A DNA stretch of 63,974 nucleotides, counting the filler, from Octopus bimaculoides (lineage: Eukaryota): assembly GCF_001194135.2 (NCBI RefSeq). It is 6 parts of 5 records of this genome, joined end to end, with 100 filler letters (N's around TTAATTAATTAA, not from the genome) between each part and the next. Parts side by side here need not be neighbours in the genome. Positions count along the whole stretch, not along the records: positions 54,927 to 63,974 come from NC_068988.1; 5 more parts are not named here. One strand, 5' to 3'. A program made the position numbers and the translations under genes. Below, piece after piece: positions 61,513 to 63,974 of the stretch (the stretch's first letter is position 1; each line of letters opens with the position of its first letter). The notes under the pieces were generated by a model that saw only the letters and a list, made by a program, of their open reading frames with translations, made no database searches and was not told where the DNA came from.

Positions 61513-62529
61513 AAAAAAACACAAAAAACAATAACAAAAAAACAACAAAGTGAGGACGTGATACGGATAGTGTTATTGGACGCTCGAGAAAGGAAAGAGA
61601 GAGTGTATGACGTTTCGGGCGGAGCCCTTCGTCGGAAAGATGGAAAGTTCGGAGAATGGAAAAACGGAGGAATAGAAAAATGGTACCGATGCGCACGAGG
61701 TTACATTGTGAAAGGACCGGAAGAGGAGGTGGTGGGGTAAAAGTTCTTTCTAAGACAGGAGAGTGAAAAAGGGAGCTGAGTCTGCGAGTGTGTGTGTGAT
61801 AACAGAACGTGTGTGTGCGTATGTATGTGTGTGTGTGTGTGCATGGTTTGGTGGTTTATCTGTTAGTGTGTATGAGTGTTTGTGTGTGTGTGTGTGTGTG
61901 TATGTGGGTGTGTGCGTGTGTGTGATTGTGAGTTTTAGGTACGGGTGTGTGTGTGTATGCGCGTGTGTGTTTATGTGTGTCTGTATGTGTGTGTCCGTGT
62001 GCGTGTGTGTGCGCGTGTGTGTAATATTTTTTGTGGGTGCGTGTATGTGTATATTGTGTATGTTTTCGTGAGTGCGTGTGTGTTGTGTACGTGAGTGAGT
62101 ATTGTGTATGTGAGAGGTGTGTGTGCGTGTGTGCATGTGTGTATATGTGTATATGTGTTGTGTATGCGTGTGTGTGTTTGTGTATGTGAGAGGTGTGTGT
62201 GCGTGTATGTATGTGTGTGTTTATGTGTGTGTGCGTGCGTATGTGTGTGAGAGCGTAAGGATGTGTGCTAGGTATGTGTGTTATTTCGTGTGTGCACTCC
62301 TGTGTATGTGTGTGTGCATGTGTATGCGGCTGTGTATGTAGGCCTGCGCGTATATATGGGTGTGTGTGTGTGTTTGTGTGTGTATAGGGCTGCGTAAGGT
62401 GTGTGTCTCTACCACTGTGCGTGTGTGTGTGTGTATGTATGTGCGTTCGTCTATATGTGTGTGAGGGCGCGCATGTATGTTTGTCATGTGTGTGGGCGGT
62501 ATATATGTAAGGTGTGTGTGTTAGGTGTA
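61508..62529 (-). mobile_element. Penelope-like terminus plus TG-rich spacer (reverse homologue of 1-1633)
   Basis: (TA)n 61447-61507, terminus 61508-61790, then a TG-rich tract up to the gap. Confidence 0.72.
61604..61640 (-). ncRNA. Minimal type I hammerhead motif (core variant CCGACGA)
   Basis: UCUUU-CCGACGA-A-GGGC(UCC)GCCC-GAAAC-GUC-AUACA. Stem II covaries with the 1497-1532 copy. Stem I is weak. Confidence 0.65.
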
Positions 62530-63341
62530 NNNNNNNNNNNNNNNNNNNNNNNNNNNNNNNNNNNNNNNNNNNNNNNNNNNNNNNNNNNNNNNNNNNNNNN
62601 NNNNNNNNNNNNNNNNNNNNNNNNNNNNNNNNNNNNNNNNNNNNNNNNNNNNNNNNNNNNNNNNNNNNNNNNNNNNNNNNNNNNNNNNNNNNNNNNNNNN
62701 NNNNNNNNNNNNNNNNNNNNNNNNNNNNNNNNNNNNNNNNNNNNNNNNNNNNNNNNNNNNNNNNNNNNNNNNNNNNNNNNNNNNNNNNNNNNNNNNNNNN
62801 NNNNNNNNNNNNNNNNNNNNNNNNNNNNNNNNNNNNNNNNNNNNNNNNNNNNNNNNNNNNNNNNNNNNNNNNNNNNNNNNNNNNNNNNNNNNNNNNNNNN
62901 NNNNNNNNNNNNNNNNNNNNNNNNNNNNNNNNNNNNNNNNNNNNNNNNNNNNNNNNNNNNNNNNNNNNNNNNNNNNNNNNNNNNNNNNNNNNNNNNNNNN
63001 NNNNNNNNNNNNNNNNNNNNNNNNNNNNNNNNNNNNNNNNNNNNNNNNNNNNNNNNNNNNNNNNNNNNNNNNNNNNNNNNNNNNNNNNNNNNNNNNNNNN
63101 NNNNNNNNNNNNNNNNNNNNNNNNNNNNNNNNNNNNNNNNNNNNNNNNNNNNNNNNNNNNNNNNNNNNNNNNNNNNNNNNNNNNNNNNNNNNNNNNNNNN
63201 NNNNNNNNNNNNNNNNNNNNNNNNNNNNNNNNNNNNNNNNNNNNNNNNNNNNNNNNNNNNNNNNNNNNNNNNNNNNNNNTTCAGTGCAAACCAGAACATG
63301 AACGGACAAGACAAATGAAAATATACAAAATAAAGAATTAA

Positions 63342-63418
63342 TCGTAGACCAGGTTTTGCACATTAATGGATTAATGTAATTTTTACTTACGTAACCCATC
63401 CTTGGTTCATCAGTACGA
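63342..63418 (-). ncRNA. Degenerate type I hammerhead (long-stem-II family)
   Basis: UCGUA-CUGAUGA-(long stem II)-AAAAC-CUG-GUC-UACGA. Stem I is perfect, G12 and G10.1 are changed to A. Confidence 0.65.
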
Positions 63419-63685
63419 CCGTTCAATTCAAGATAATTTTAAATTGGTATTAATTAAATTAATATCCAATTTATCACCCTCATTATTTAAATTTTAATAA
63501 TTATGTTCTCTAACCGGCGACGGTTGCTGCAGTGAATTATCTTCTGCAGAATTGTTTCCGGTATTTAGCGTACAAGAGCTGGGGCTTTTGAAAATAACTC
63601 CATTGTAATCGGTAGAATTCTACACAAGTCTAATTTTATGTGGACAATTCGTGTATTGTTCTGCAAATCATATTGAATTGAACGG

Positions 63686-63757
63686 TCGTACTGATGAGCC
63701 ACTGACGGGTCATGCTTGTAAAAATTACATTAATCCGTTAATGCTCGAAACCTGTTC
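63686..63757 (+). ncRNA. Hammerhead core (long-stem-II family) lacking the 3' strand of stem I
   Basis: UCGUA-CUGAUGA-G..CACUGACGG...CCGUUAAUG..C-GAAAC-CUG-UUC, after which homology stops. Inverted relative to 63342-63418. Confidence 0.6.
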
Positions 63758-63974
63758 ATAACCACTTCTCTTCGTTCCTATAGAGACTAAGGAATATGTT
63801 GCATATGTATTACAAAAAGTTCAATCTATCTTATTTGAAAAAGTTACCATTGAACATAAGCCAAATTAGAATCTATGTCCATCAATCCACTAACCTTCCA
63901 CTTACAATTAGGGACAGCATAGTTAAGAACATATACATTAAGATGATTAGGATATATATATATATATATATATA

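Overview
Repeat-saturated, AT-rich eukaryotic genomic DNA with many N gaps. The repeat families suggest an octopus/coleoid cephalopod draft assembly; this is my recognition from memory, not a database result. I cannot support any intact host protein-coding gene, rRNA, true tRNA gene or CRISPR array. The window is a patchwork of decayed RTE-clade LINEs with (GAT)n tails, CR1/L2-group and L1/Tx1-like LINE fragments, at least three tRNA-headed SINE families, five mariner remnants, a Helitron PIF1-type helicase remnant, fold-back/MITE elements and microsatellites. The most notable signal is nine type I hammerhead ribozyme (HHR) motifs in three repeat families. (a) Penelope-like termini whose 3' ends abut (TA)n, one linked to a GIY-YIG remnant, with compensatory stem II changes and subfamily-shared core variants. 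(b) A long-stem-II family with one canonical-core copy and an inverted pair. (c) A tRNA-headed (Pol III-type) SINE-like element carrying an HHR. Also seen: a (TTAGGG)3 patch inside a LINE RT with a telomerase-repair-like junction, and a same-family antisense nested LINE forming a ~2 kb inverted repeat. All folds and alignments were done by eye, and boundaries are approximate to within tens of bases unless a motif is quoted.
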